Positions 49,733-63,600 of a stretch of DNA of 64,000 bases are shown one piece after another; the stretch's first letter is position 1; each line of letters begins with the position of its first letter. This DNA comes from Anthoceros angustus (Eukaryota; Plantae; Anthocerotophyta). The notes under the pieces were generated by a model that ran no database searches, had not been told where the DNA came from, and was given only the letters and a program-made list of their open reading frames with translations. Where the stretch lies: NCBI GenBank assembly GCA_010909165.1, contig MU008155.1, forward strand, positions 372,001-436,000, in the 5' to 3' direction. The translations under genes were made by a program, and so were the position numbers.

Positions 49733-49910
49733 AGGGAACGTGACAGACGGTGGGGTCCAAGTGGCTTAGGCCAAATGGACACACATTTATAAGAACCCTT
49801 GGTGCAAGTAGCTTAGGCACACCATGGTACAAGTTGTTAAGTACCAAGTCCCATGCATGACGGAAATCCATCCTTAGTGGACTTAAATAAAACTTTTCTT
49901 CTTCCTCTTC
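49733..49910 (+). mobile_element. (CTT)n-tailed short retroposon copy (second copy at 51679-51856)
   Basis: cccttggtgcaagtagcttaggcacaccatggtacaagttgttaa...ggaaatccatccttagtggacttaaataaaacttttcttcttc is homologous to the reverse complement of 2222-2380. Confidence 0.65.
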
Positions 49911-50112
49911 CTATACCCAGACTCTAGGGTTTTGTTATGTTTCTAAGCGTCAAGTCAAGAGCTATGCTAATTTGAGTGATTTGGATCATGAGGGCGGCCC
50001 TCTTGATCGCATGTCTGTGAGTTAGTAGAATGGTCTCGCTCAATAGGGCTCACCTTTGATTTGTTGTCTATTGACTTGATATAATGTGGTTCAGAGATAC
50101 ATAACTAACTAA

Positions 50113-51006
50113 GTATTGAAGCAGTATACTGTTGCACAGTTGTGGAATTTGTTGTACGAGGTACAACAAAAGTGGGACATGGTGTATACAAAGCTGGAGC
50201 AGATGTGTCGAGTGAATAGTAATGCATGCGTGGGGCAAATGCCATCGGAGGTCGGGAAGGGGCAGTATTTACAGGCGCCGAGGGCTAGGGGTTTCGTAGG
50301 TGGAGAAAGCGCAGTGCTGGCCATGGAGTCGACTGGTGTGGATTCTGCAATAGCATTTAACATGCCCCAAAATTATTCTCGGATACCGCAGCACATACAG
50401 CAAGTACAGAGTTATCAATGGGAGAATCAGGCGGCACCTCCGCGTAACTTAATGCCGCAGTATCAACACCAGGTTGTTCCTGAGAACATTCAGAATCAGA
50501 ATGGGCCGGAACAGCAAAGCAGCCACATTCATGTGAATCATTACCAGCAGCACCAGCCGCATCCAAGCCAGCAGAGACAGGAATTAAATCGATATCAGAA
50601 TCTTTTGAGCGGCCAATACCAGCAGCAGCAACAGCAACAGTTTCATCCAAACATGCATGCACAACTCCGCTTGAACCAACATCAACCGCAAAACGTTTTC
50701 ACCCAGCAGGAGCAGCTTCATGCGAACTTGCAAGCCCAGCAGAATCCGCTTTGCATGGACCACCATCAGCAGCACCAACAGCAAGACGGGTTACAATATC
50801 AGCTCCATGCAAACCAATTGGAACATGTACAGCATCAACAACAACATCAGGAGGAACAGCAACACCAACATCAGCAGCATGAAGCAAACCAACATGAACA
50901 GCTGCTTCAGACTTGGCATCTTCAATCTCATCCAAGTATGAAGCGTAGTTTGCAAGAAGAGCAACAACCTCATGATCAACCAAGTCTCAAGCGTCTTCAT
51001 TCTTAG
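50113..51006 (+). pseudogene. 5'-truncated duplicate of MADS gene exon 2 (no MADS domain)
   Basis: Begins mid-exon; identical Q-rich translation. Confidence 0.8.
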
Positions 51007-53677
51007 CCAAGTACGAAGCGTAGTTCGCAAGAAGAGCTACAATTTCAGAGGAGTTTGAATCGTGGTTGGCATGAAGACCTAAAATCTTTGCCACTGTGAA
51101 GTTTGAAACAGGCTCGTCGAGAACACATTCAATATATGGATGAAATGGCTTTGAAAATGTTGGATTACCCTAGTTAATGCCTTTGTTATAAGGTTTTCCT
51201 AGTTTGGCATTGGATATGCATGAAAGACGGGCCTTATAACGTAGTGGATTCAAAGAAATTGAGTTATGTGTGGAGTTCATTGTCCTTTAGGCTTTAGATC
51301 CTATCTATGACAAAAGATTGATAGTCACAAAAGGATGAGGTTTCCCATACTTAATTCTGCAGATTTTTTTTTTTTGTGGAGGTAGGGTTATTTTTTATTT
51401 ATTATTTTTTATACTTACATATACTCACATATTATTTTAAATTTTTTTAATAAAAACTGAAGAATATATTACTTCAGCTAGTTTAACTAAATTGAACAAC
51501 TGAAAGGTATACGAATTCTGATTGTGCAAATTGGTTGTAAACACCTTAGTTTAGTTTAACCTCAATCATTTTGAAAGTAAAGGAAAGTAAAATAAAATAA
51601 AATAAAATAGTAAATGGTAAAAATAGAATAATGAATTATATTACATGATATTCACCATACTATACTGGCGGTTCACATAGGGAACGTGACAGACGGTGGG
51701 GTCCAAGTGGCTTAGGCCAAATGGACACACATTTATAAGAACCCTTGGTGCAAGTAGCTTAGGCACACCATGGTACAAGTTGTTAAGTACCAAGTCCCAT
51801 GCATGACGGAAATCCATCCTTAGTGGACTTAAATAAAACTTTTCTTCTTCCTCTTCCTATACCCAGACTCTAGGGTTTTGTTATGTTTCTAAGCGTCAAG
51901 TCAAGAGCTATGCTAATTTGAGTGATTTGGATCATGAGGGCGGCCCTCTTGATCGCATGTCTGTGAGTTAGTAGAATGGTCTCGCTCAATAGGGCTCACC
52001 TTTGATTTGTTGTCTATTGACTTGATATAATGTGGTTCAGAGATACATAACTAACTAATAAACGTCTTCCAGAAAATTTCCTAAGATTAATATGAATCAT
52101 GAGTCTTGAGAAATATTAAACATATGTGAGAGCCCTTGTTTGATCCACAAGTGCCTCTCCCGTAATTTCACCAGTCCAGAAATTTGGTGGCAATCTAGGG
52201 AGAAATTGACAGTTACTTGTCATTCTATAGTTGAGTTCTCTTTCTATGGTTGAGTTCTTTCTCTCAAGTCACAAATGATTGATTGCAGTAGATTGAGATT
52301 AATTCCGAGAGACCAACAATAAACAAGTAGCTGTACCAAAAAAGAGAAGGTACGAAGACAATGACGATGGGACAGATGATTGATTGCAGTACATAGATTG
52401 TAGATTGAGATTAATTCCGAAAGACCAACAACAGGCTGTAAGCGAAGAGCAAGACAGTGATGATTTGTAAACTCACCTTGCTAAAGCTCCCAACCCGTTC
52501 CCGGCACCGAAAAAAAACAGAAAAGCAAAAAAGAAAATGCAGCTCGTCGGACTAATTTTCAGGTCACCCATCCCTATACTAATCCGGCATAAGGGCGCTT
52601 AATTGTGGAGTTCTCGTGGGATGTAATATAGTACCCTGGTATGACGGCACTACGCCTAAGTTTCTCACGTCTTTCTTGTACCTTCTGGCCTCGCCATTTA
52701 TGTCACCGATTTGGCGTTGTGCTGGCGTTTTGAACTGTCCATTACCTTGGCCTGATATTACAATGTTCAACAGCATGTTTTCACAAATCCGTCGAGAGAT
52801 TCGATGACAGTCGAAGCGTATGTGGATTGAAACAAGGAAGTAGCACTCCTCCCGGATTTGAGTGGTGGGCAGGAATCCACCGGTTTGTCTGATATCAATG
52901 TAAGCCTCATTCCGAAAAAATCCTGGTATGTACATCGGTGATCTGGTGTGTGAAGCCCCTTTGACGTGGGCAATTGAGTGGTGTTAGACAGGCATACCTG
53001 TAATATGGAGACATTGTCTAACCCGCTGTTTATCAGAAAAAAGCGCCCCTGCACGCACTTTCCGAAGGCTGGTACGACGCCCAATTTCGATCTTGCCGCT
53101 TATGAGGTCCAGGCCCAGCCCGAGTGTTTGACATGAGAATAGAGTTCTGTGACGATCAATCTGTGAGGGCAGCTGGCCCACGCGTTAGGAGCTGGTGGAC
53201 TTCGGGCGCCTCATGGCTTCCCAGGCCCAGCCCCCATCGTGACAGTGGCTCCAAAGTCATTGCCGAAATGAGGAATGGTCCAGGGACCCTCTGCCCTTGA
53301 ATATTGCATAGTGTTGAACAAAGAAGCCTTCTATGGCTATGTTCGTATTGGAGGAAGGTGCATTTAGTGCTAAACGCAGCTGTTGTAGACGTGTGAACTA
53401 TCTTATTGCTAGCTTCTGGATGGGGGACGTTGGAAATGTAGAACTGCAACGTTAACGTGGTGATCCATAGCCTCATAATTCGAAACCCACGGCTTATTGA
53501 CAAACAGCCATTGCATCACCGTTATGCTGATCGCATGATGCTGCATGAGCATCATGATACTGGGAACCCAACCCGTAGCTACATGATTAAGAGAGGCTGA
53601 TGCAATGGCTGTCCAATGGACATGCACTGGCCTATCCGCTTGATTTACAGACATCTGGAGCAAGCTATGTGCATTCT

Positions 53678-54757
53678 TCACCCATGATAGGTCACAGCGA
53701 TGTTGAGAAGGTGCTGATGCAGCTCTTGAGGCCGGGAGAAGAAGGGGCTGTGATCGGAATCAATGTCCAAAACCTGGGCTGGAGGACTCCTCTCGATTAG
53801 CCAGTCTTGACCTACCACGGGTATCACAGCATCCTGAAGCAGGCGGATGAACACCCTGGGAACACTTCCGTAGCGCTCCGGGGTGTGCTTGATAGCCAAT
53901 TCCTCAAAGGCAAGGAAAGCGCTGGGCTTGAGCAAGCTCTTAGCCAGAACTAATGTCTGCATTCACCAGCATTCAATCTGTTATGGCATCCACCGATCCT
54001 ACCCACATTTTCAACTTCCAGGCAACCTTGCCCCGCCACAGGCAAGCTTAGTTACCTCCGTGGGACTGAGATTGTAGAACGGGCCGGGCGAATGAATGAA
54101 CGCCGTGGTTGGGAGCCTGTCGTGCTGTTGAGGGAATGTCAAAAACTGGGCCTCGTTTCGGCGTGAAGGAACCTCTAGCAATAACTGCCAATGGGCAAGA
54201 GCAGCCAGGCTTGGTAAATCCGATCTGGCTGAGTGCAACAACCTACAGCTTCCTACAACAATCTGAATCAGGTCCCGGTACTAGGATGTACCTGCGACAG
54301 AAACTCCACATCCTGACTCGGAATGACGAAGGCAGAGACGTAGACAGTTGCAGAAATTTTGTGCGGGAAGTGCTCCGACACGTAACCTGCCACGAATCCG
54401 CCATAGCTGTGGGCCACCACGATAACCTGGAGAACGGAAATCACAGGGATCATATTGCTTGCAACCAAGCAGGAGAAATTACGCTAAGTCCTCACTGTTC
54501 AAGAGGTGGCTTGAAAATATGAAGTTGCAGCCATCCATCACCTTCTCTTCCTCAGGTAGAGCTTCAAAGAATTTGACGACATTGCTCGACAGCTGCTCGA
54601 GCGTGGTGATGGTTGCGGGATCTGTGTCATCCCTCCCTTGCCCGGGATTGTCTATGGCTGTGGCCTTGTGGCCGTCCCGCTGCAGCAGGTCTATTGTCTT
54701 GTACCACGCCCATGAGCCATGACAAAGGCCGTGCAAGAGGAGGAAATGTGCTGCCAT
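53678..54757 (-). CDS. MES/SABP2-family methylesterase, paralogue 2
   Basis: HFLLLHGLCHGSWAWYK, VAHSYGG, QDAVIP, DHSPFFSRP; same exon layout as paralogue 1. Confidence 0.9.
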
Positions 54758-55869
54758 TGCGAGAAGCAGATTTCCAAGCTTTCCAAGGACAAGACGAGGC
54801 TTCAAAGGGTGCTATGCACAACAATAACGCCACTTCACTTCGAAATGGCAATGGAGACTTTATTGAAAAGGAGATGGACAACCATCTACCCCAAAGCGTG
54901 GGGGACAAGACATTAAAGGGCGTCGAAATTAGAACTTGGATTACAGCTTGCAGAAAAGGAGGAGGAAGTTTCTCAGTCCAGAATGCACCAAAGTTCGCCT
55001 CACTTGGATGTACGGGTACACGCAATGACATGCTTTGGTCTCCGCCATCTGGACATTCTGGTTTCTTGAATTCTCAGACAGCGGACAACAACAGCACGTC
55101 ACCTCCATTATGGATTACAGCTAGCAGATTGTACTGGTCAAAGTTCGTCTCTTTTGGCCGGCGAGGCGCAGGAACGGGGCTATCACGCTTCCAGCGTCTC
55201 TTCATCTCCGTACACTTTATAGATATTCTAGACACTACTTCCCCGTTGGTTGGGGGTAGATGGTTTCCCCTATCTTCCTTTTAATAAAGTCTTTATTGTT
55301 CTTCTTTTTCTTAATGATCGAGTCTGCACTTTATAGATATTTCAAACTTTCGGACACTTTATAAATTTCAAAGCTTTCTGGAGACTTTATATGAATATTT
55401 TAAAATATATATTACCTTAAGAGATTTTATAAATACTTTAACATATATTATTTAGAGATTTTATTATATATATAATATTAAAAATATATAAATATTTTAG
55501 AATATACACTATGAAGTAACATGTAGGCCAAGTATACTTGCATGGAAGTTCCGTATGGCATACCAAAGAGGACAGAGGGGACGGACATTTTTTTTCTTCC
55601 GCAAAACTTTTGGTGTCCGGTTTGGTAACCCGACCGAAATGGGGTAGCCCAAAGGGGACTCACCAAAGCGGCCACTTCGCGGTCACCGGAAGATAGAAAG
55701 GGAACTTTCTTTTTTTCCCCGCACTCACTGCTTTTTTCTCGCGCACGGATGAAGAATTTTTTTCCCCGCGCGCGCACTGTTCCACTTTAGGGTGCGGTAG
55801 GTGGCTTGCCTATGCCACCTGCCCGTTTTTAGGGTTCATGTCCTAAGAGATTGGAGCAGGATGGTTTAG

Positions 55870-56640
55870 GGCAGGGGCGAGAAGCACCGATTTGGCGGCC
55901 ACGCCGCATGCACAGTGGTTGGGGCGATCGGGGCGAGCGAGCACGGACCGGAGGGGCGAGGTCCGAGGCGGGCGGGCGAGGCGGGCGAGGCGGGCGGGCG
56001 GGCGAGGCGGGCGAGGCGGGCGGCGGGCGGGCCTTCCTCCGGGTGACGGACGGAGGCGGGCGGGCGGGCGGGCGAGCCCACCGCCACTGAGGCGGGCCGA
56101 GGGCGAGCCAAATGGGCGGGTGGGGGTTCATGACCGCAGCGGAGAAGGCGGTGCGGGCGGGGCAAGGCACGGGGCGGAGGAGGAGGCTGCGGTGGCGGCG
56201 GCAGACGAGGCGGGCGAGCCGGGCGGTGGCGGCGAGGCGAGGGGCGGGCGGGCTCGCACTCGGGCCGAGGGACGGCGGGCGGGGCCTCCGGGTGACGGGC
56301 AGGCGGCCACCGCAGGCAGGCGAGGCGAGGCGAGGGCGGCGGCGGGGCAAGGAGAGGCGGGGCAAGGAGAGGCGGGCGAGGCGGGCGGGCGGGGCACACT
56401 CGGGCCGAGGGACGGACGCGGGCGCGGGCCTTCCTCCGGGTGACGGACGGAGGCGGGCGGGCGAGGCGGGGCAAGGCGGGAGGCGGGCGGGGCAAGGAGA
56501 GGCGGGCGAGGGGCGGGGCAAGGCGGGAAGGCCGGGAGGCGGAGGAAGGCGGTGCGGGCGGCGAGGGCAGGCAGGCGGGCGGCGAGCGGGCGGCAGGCGG
56601 CGGGGCGTGGCGAGCCACAGTAGCTGCGAGGAGGAAGCGG
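55870..56640. repeat. Extremely GC-rich low-complexity tract (GGCGGGCGAG-like) with internal duplications
   Basis: gggccttcctccgggtgacggacggaggcggg at ~56028 and ~56426; cactcgggccgagggacgg at ~56257 and ~56397. Confidence 0.85.
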
Positions 56641-57649
56641 CCAGTGTGATCCTCCCCATCCTTGCACCAAGCTGCAACTAACCTCGTCCTCATTCCTTCC
56701 TGCCCATGGTTATGCCGAATTGTTTGATGCTCATTTCTTTGCAAACGGCTGACACGCAGATGGCTGCCTGGTGCCACTGCAGGTATTATTGTAGGCTTCT
56801 GCGGTTGTGGGCGGGATGGCAGGCACCGGCCCACCCTCTCCTCCTCACATGCCGCAGCCCTGACATGCATGGGGCAAGCGGAGGAGGGTTCCACGATCTC
56901 CTCCGACCTCACCCGATCCTAATATGTGGAGTGAGTTGTTTTACAGGTCTTATGACCCCAAGAAGCCAATGCATCCTTTGTCCTACGAGGAGCTTGATGC
57001 GCTTTTGCAGCATGCGGAGGACCACAACGACCTCATCCGCCACATAGAGAACTACCCTTGACTTCAAGTTCTTTTCGAGCCGAGGAACGTGGTCGCAGTA
57101 TTTGACCGGACTCGACTTTATCGCGAGAGTGCCTTCCGTGTCGGAAGCGCACTATTTCATGCATACCCATTTTGATGGGTGGCCATTGGGTCCTAACGAT
57201 CACCGCGAGGCCTCGCGTCCAAGCACCCGAGTCACCGGAGGACTTCAAGCCGTGGATGGCCAAGTTTCACTCCGACGGCTTGACTCATGTCACGGCCTCG
57301 ACGCTTATCGCCCCTCCCGGATTTCATCTCAACGCCTTTCACGAATTGGACGACGCCAACCATGTCTTGTGGGAGGAGATGAACGACCTCTACATCATCG
57401 AGGTGATCATGGTGGTTAGATCGGTGGTCATGTGCTTTACGACCGTGCATGGTGGGGTTTTGATAGGACTTGATGTACGAGGCCTTTACGGTTTAGATTT
57501 GTAGGTGTCTTCGCACCGCCTCCTGAGCTTTTGACTTGACCAAATTTTGACGCTTCCCTCTTTCGTGTATTCTCACCACTCGGCCAGATATCTGTGCCCA
57601 CGTTTTTCAACTTGGCCCTCGGTTCATGCTTGCCGCCGCGCATCGTGTT

Positions 57650-60600
57650 CCCTCGTGCCTGCATTTTGGCCCGCTTTTCCATTCTCCCTTGGCCTTGTCA
57701 ACCCCTGCCCCCGGCTTTTGCCCCAGCTTTCCATGTGCGTCACGCTTGCATATTAATTGACAACCCATACAGGCTGCCTTCTTTCAGTGTGATTTGGGTC
57801 CGCGGAACTCGCTCTTCACAGAGGTTCGTCGCTTTGATAGCTGCTGCCTCCACTTCAAGGGGAATGTGGTTTCACAGAAAGGTGATTCCGACACGCGTCT
57901 CCACAATTTTCATGCACCATTGTCGGAAGGTCGTGATGTAACTTGCAGAATGTCTCGCCATGCCTTGCGGTGGACGCGAGAAACCGGTTGTCGGACGCAG
58001 GAGGCTATTCCATGAGCCCTGCGTCATGTGTCCACGCGGTGGCCCCTCCGCCTCACGCTTTCTATCCTATCGGCGGTGATGCCCCCCCCCGTCGCCTTCC
58101 CTATCCATGTCTCATTGTCTCCCGCTTGCACTACACGCCCCTGCCACCCGCGACGCACCTCATATGAAAAGCGCTCAAGAGGTTAAGGGCTCTCCATGTC
58201 CACAGCGTGCACCGTCCGCATTCCACTCCCACACCATCTCCTGCAGAGGGATCCCCCGTCGCCTGCAATACAAGCACACGGCCGCCACCGCCGCATCCTG
58301 CGCCTATCCTCACCTGCCCCGCCGTTGCGTGGTCTCCGAGGCTGGATTCACTACTTGGAGCCGCGGTCGGTTCAAGACCGAGCACGCCACTTGTTCCATC
58401 TCGACAATGCGTGGTTTCCCTCATCTCGGTATGTCGAATAATTCCGCTTTCACGCCACCGACAAATGCTTTCATGAAATGAACGCTATGTGCCTTATTCA
58501 CTTCGGCGAACGCTTTGGGTTGCCGGATCAGCCCCCATGCCTAAGGACATTCATGCCTTGCTTCTTTCCACAAATCCACGATACAATGTTTGACAAATAC
58601 CCATTATTCCTCGCCTGCATTTTGGCCCGCTTCCATTCTCCCTTGGCCTTGTCAACCCCCGCCCGCTTTTGCCCCGCCTTTCCATGTCACGCTTGCATAT
58701 TAATTGACAACCCATACAGTCGCCTTCTGTGATTTGGGTCCGCTGGAACTCGCTCTTCCTGCAGGTTCGCCGCTTTGATAGCCGCCGCCCACTTCAAGGG
58801 AATGTGGTTTCACAGAAGGTGATTCCGACACGCTCCACAATTTTCATGCACCATTGCTCAAGGTCGATGTAACTTGCGGGGAATGTCTCGCCCATGCCTT
58901 GCGGTGGACGCGAGAAACAAGGTTCGGGACAGGAGGCTATTCCATGAGCCCCCGTCATGTGTCCACGCGGTGGCCCCTCCGCCTCACGTTTCTATCCTAT
59001 CGGCGGTGATGCCTGCCCCGTCGCCTTCCCTATCCATGTCTCATTGTCTCGCTTGCACTACATGCCCGCCCCTAGTCCGCCCCTGCCACCCATGACGCAC
59101 CTCATGAAAAGCGTTCAAGAGGTTAAGGGCTCTCCATGTCTGTGCACATGTTCGCATTCCACCCCACACCATCTCCTGCAGGGATCCCCGCCGCAATACA
59201 AGCACACGGCCGCCACCGCACGTCGGCTATCCACCTCACCGCCGCCCGTGCGTGGTCTCCAGGCTGGGATTCACTACTTGGAGCCGCGGTCGGTTCAAGA
59301 CCGGAAAGCACGCCACTTGTTCCATCTATCGACAATGCGTGGTTTCCCTCCGGCCGTATGTCGAATAATTCCGCCACGCCACCGACAAGTTTCATGAAAT
59401 GAACGCTGTGCCTTATTCACTTCGAACGCTTTGGGTTGCCGGATCATGCCTAAGGACATTCATGCCCGCTTTGCTTTTCCACAAATCCACGATACAATGT
59501 TTCAAAGAACACCGACCCCACCATTATTCCTACGCCTTTCCACCCCACAACTCTACGGTGATAGGCCACTGGTGTGTGCACGTTGAAGAGAAACACGAGA
59601 CTCTTTGTAGCAAGCCCCCTACACTGGAATTTCGGGCTCCCATATCTGTGATGCTCGAGGATGGCGTGAGCGACACAAAGCCTCCTCTTGACAAGAAGCT
59701 CACCTTGTCCACGTACAAGACATGTCTGTGATCAGTTGTCAAGGAGAAAGCGGCAAACATTGCGGCCGGCACCCCTCGTCGACTCAGCGGGCAATTGTCA
59801 TTCGGCCACACGATCGGCGCATGCCATCGCCAACATGCCCATGTAGTCCATTGCCCGGTCCACACATCTAAGCGGGGAACCGTCGTGGCCGGTCCATACA
59901 GTATGCAGTGTCACATCCCCACTCCACCCAGCGACCACCCATCGCCTTGCGGTCTCGCGCATGCTCCTTTCGTAGGATGCATGGCGTCCATGATTCGATC
60001 TGCGAGCATCGTGTCCTGCCGTCGCATGGTACACGTGGGCGCGATCGAACCACCCGCGACGCACCTCATATGAAAAGCGTGCTCAAGAGGTTAAGGGCTC
60101 TCCATGTCCACGTGCACCGGGTTCGCATTCCACTCCACACCATCTCCTCGCAGGGATCCCGTCGCCGCAATACAAGCACAGGCACACACATGGCGTACGC
60201 CTATCCTCACCACACCGCCTCGTGCGTGGTCTCCGAGGCTGGGATTCACTACTTGGAGCCGCGGTCGGTTCACCGGAGCACGCCACTTGTTCCATCTACA
60301 ATGCGTGGTTTCCCTCATCTACTATGTCGAATAATTCCGCTTTCACGCCACCGATGTTTGATGAAATGAACGTCATGTGCCTTATTCACTTCGAACGCTT
60401 TGGGTTGCCGGATCAGCCCCCATGCCTAAGGACATTCATGCCCGCTTTGCTTCTTTCCACAAATCCACGATACAATGTTTCAAAGAAATACCCCGACCCC
60501 ACCATTATTCCTACGCCTTTCCACCCCACAACTCTACTTGATAGGCCACCGGTGTGTGTGCACGTTGAAGAGAAACACGAGACTCTTTGTAGCAAGCCCC

Positions 60601-63600
60601 CTACACCGGAATCTCGGGCTCCCATATCTGTGATGCTCGAGGATGGCGTGAGCGACACAAAGCCTCCTCTTGACAAGAAGCTCACCTTGTCCACGTACAA
60701 GACATGTCTGTGATCAGTTGTCAAGGAGAAAGCGGCAAACATTGCGGGCCGGCACCCCTCGTCGACTCAGCGGGCAATTGTCATTCGGCCACACGATCGG
60801 CGCATGCCATCGCCAACATGCCCATGTAGTCCATTGCCCGGTCCACACATCTAAGCGGAACGTCATGGCGGTCCATACGGTATGCAGTGTCACATCCCCA
60901 CTCCACCCGCAGCCCACCCATCGCCTTTGCGGTCTCGCGCATGCTCCTTTTGTAGGATGCATGGCGATCCGCGATTCGATCTGCGAGCATCGTGTCCTGC
61001 CGTCGCATGGTACACGTGGGCGCGATCGAACCACCCCACGTACACAGTCGACCATCGTCACCAAGCACGGCGCACTTACATTGCATCCGCCTCACCCACC
61101 ACCATTCTTTGCACTCTTACGAGCGGCGGTAACTCCATCGCCTTAGCATCCCTTCTCCTTAGTGTTGGACCCGCCCCAACCCACCAATCCGTGAGCCGGA
61201 GGCTCCTTGTTCTTCGCAGCCTCCGCAATTCAAATGTGTCCATGTCTTGAAATAGATACCCTCGGTGCATGTCTTGCAACCCACCTGCTCGTCCCAATGC
61301 ATTGCCCACCTCTCATCTGGAGCATCCTCCACCGGCATGGTTCCATCCGTGCGCGCAAAACCACCCCACGAGTCCAAGCCCGCAGCCCTTGTCTCCTCCC
61401 GTCAAGACATGCGCCACCATGTCCCGGTCCATCCGCTATGCGACGCGTTCGAATGTCGTCCGGCAAGCGCTCGCGAACACCGGCATGGACGGCGATGATG
61501 TCGACGTCCTCTACCCCGTCGCCACCGCGAACGCTGCCGCCGCCATCGCCGCCCACGCCCGTGTCCCTCGCTCGCCCAACGGATCCGCGCGCCTGCAGGT
61601 GGCCCCTCCGCCTCACGTTTCTATCCTATCGGCGGTGATGCCCTGTCGTCGCCTTCCCTATCCATGTCTCATTGTCTCCCGCTTGCACTACACGCCCCTA
61701 GTCAGCGCCCCGGTGCCACCGCGGCACCTCATATGAAAAGCGTTCAAGAGGTTAAGGGCTCTCCATGTCCACATGTGCCGTCGCATTCCACTCCCACACC
61801 ATCTCCTGCAGAGGGATCCCGTCGCTGCACACACACATCACTGCGTACTCGGGCCTATCCTCACCACACCGCCTCGCCGTTGCGTGGTCTCCAGGCTGGG
61901 ATTCACTACTTGGAGCCGCGGTCGGGTTCGGCCGGCGCCACTTGTTCCATCTCGACAATGCGTGGTTTCCCTCATCTCGGTATGTCGAATAATTCCGCTT
62001 TCACGCCACCGATTTGTTTCATGAAATGAGCGTCATGTGCCTTATTCACTTGACGCTTTGGGTTGCCGGATCATGCCTAAGGACATTGATGCCTGCCTTG
62101 CTTCTTTCCACAAATCCACGATATAATGTTTCAGCAAATACCCTGATTATTCCTACGCCTTTCCTTCCCACAACTCTACGGTGATAGGCCACGCTGGTGT
62201 GTGCACGTTGAAGAGAAACACGAGACTCTTTGTAGCAAGCAGCCCCCCTACACTCAGGAATTTCGGGCTCCCATATACTGCGCAGTGCTCGAGGATGACG
62301 TGAGTAGCCTGCAATGCCTCCTCTTTGGCAAAGAAGCTCACAGCCTTGTCCACGACAAGACATCATGATCTGGTTGTCAAGGAGAAAGCGGCAACCGACA
62401 TTGCGACCGCGGCACCCCTCGTCGACTCCTCGCGGGCAATTGTCATTCGGCCCTGCCGATCGCTGCATGCCATCGCCAACATGCCCATGTAGTCCCGCTG
62501 CCCGGTCCACACATCTATGCGGAACCGTCTGTGGGCGGTCCATACACAGTATGCACCAGAGTGTCGCATCCCCACTCCACCCAGCAGCCACCCATCGCCC
62601 TTTGCAGGTCTGCGCGCATGCTCCTTTTCGCTGTAGGATGCATGGCGATTCAGCGAGCATCGTGTCCTGCCGTCGCATGGTACACGTGGGCGTCGCGATC
62701 GAACCCACCACGTACACACAGTGACCATCGTCACCAAGCACGGCATGACTTGCATCCGCCTCACCCACCATTCTTTGCACTCTTACGAGCGGCCAACTCC
62801 ATCGCCTTGCATCCCTTCTCCTTCCGTGTTGGACCCGCCCAACCCACCAATCCGCGTGTGCCGAGGCTCCTTGTTCTTCGCAGCCTCCGCAATTCAAATG
62901 TGTCCATGTCTGAAATAGATACCCTCGGTGCATGTCGCAACCACCCGTCCACAATGCTGCATTGCCCACCTCTCATGGAGCATCCTCCACTTGGCATGGT
63001 TCCATCCGTGCACGCACCAAAACCACCCCACGAGTCCAAGCCCGCAGCCCTTGTCTCCTATCGCCCTCGAGACATGCGCCACCATGTCCCGGTCCATCCG
63101 CTATGCGAGCGTGCGAATGTCGTCCGGCAAGCGCTCGCGAACACCGGCATGGACGGCGATGATGTCGGCGTCCTCTACCCGGTCGCGCGCTGCGAACGCC
63201 CCTGCCCCGCCATCGTCCGCTCGTGTCCCTCGTTCGTTCATAGCGGATCCGCGCTGCTGTGGCCCCATCCCCACAAAACAACCGCGCATCGAGCCACCGC
63301 CGCCTTCTTCGTTCCATGCTCAATGATGTTCCCCACCCCTCCTTTCCTTAGCCTTTGCCCGCGACCCCAACCCCAACCCCAATTCACGCCCGCTCTCACG
63401 GGTCTTGCATCGACCGACCGCGATTGAAGTTCTAATGTCCCTTCACCCATGTGGTTTCGCCGACTTCGCGCCCTCGGCGTCGTCGGAAGCGGTGGTCTTG
63501 CTCTGCCCGATGACCCGCCATGGCTCCACGATTTCCACAACTCGACCGTCGGGGAGAATGGAGTGTCCTCCAACGGCGGCATGGACGGCGATGATGTCGA

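Larger units (their letters stand above)
48167..52058 (+). repeat. Apparently identical 1946-bp tandem duplication (48167-50112 and 50113-52058)
   Basis: Identical ORF sets offset by 1946; junction ...ataactaactaa|gtattgaag. Confidence 0.95.

Noticed and set aside
52579-53681. Short ORFs between the duplication and MES paralogue 2
   Set aside because: No recognisable family or consistent exon chain; may be a decayed element but cannot be supported.
55829-56912. Long Pro/Arg/Gly/Ala-rich ORFs in all frames
   Set aside because: Artefact of stop-poor GC-rich low-complexity DNA.
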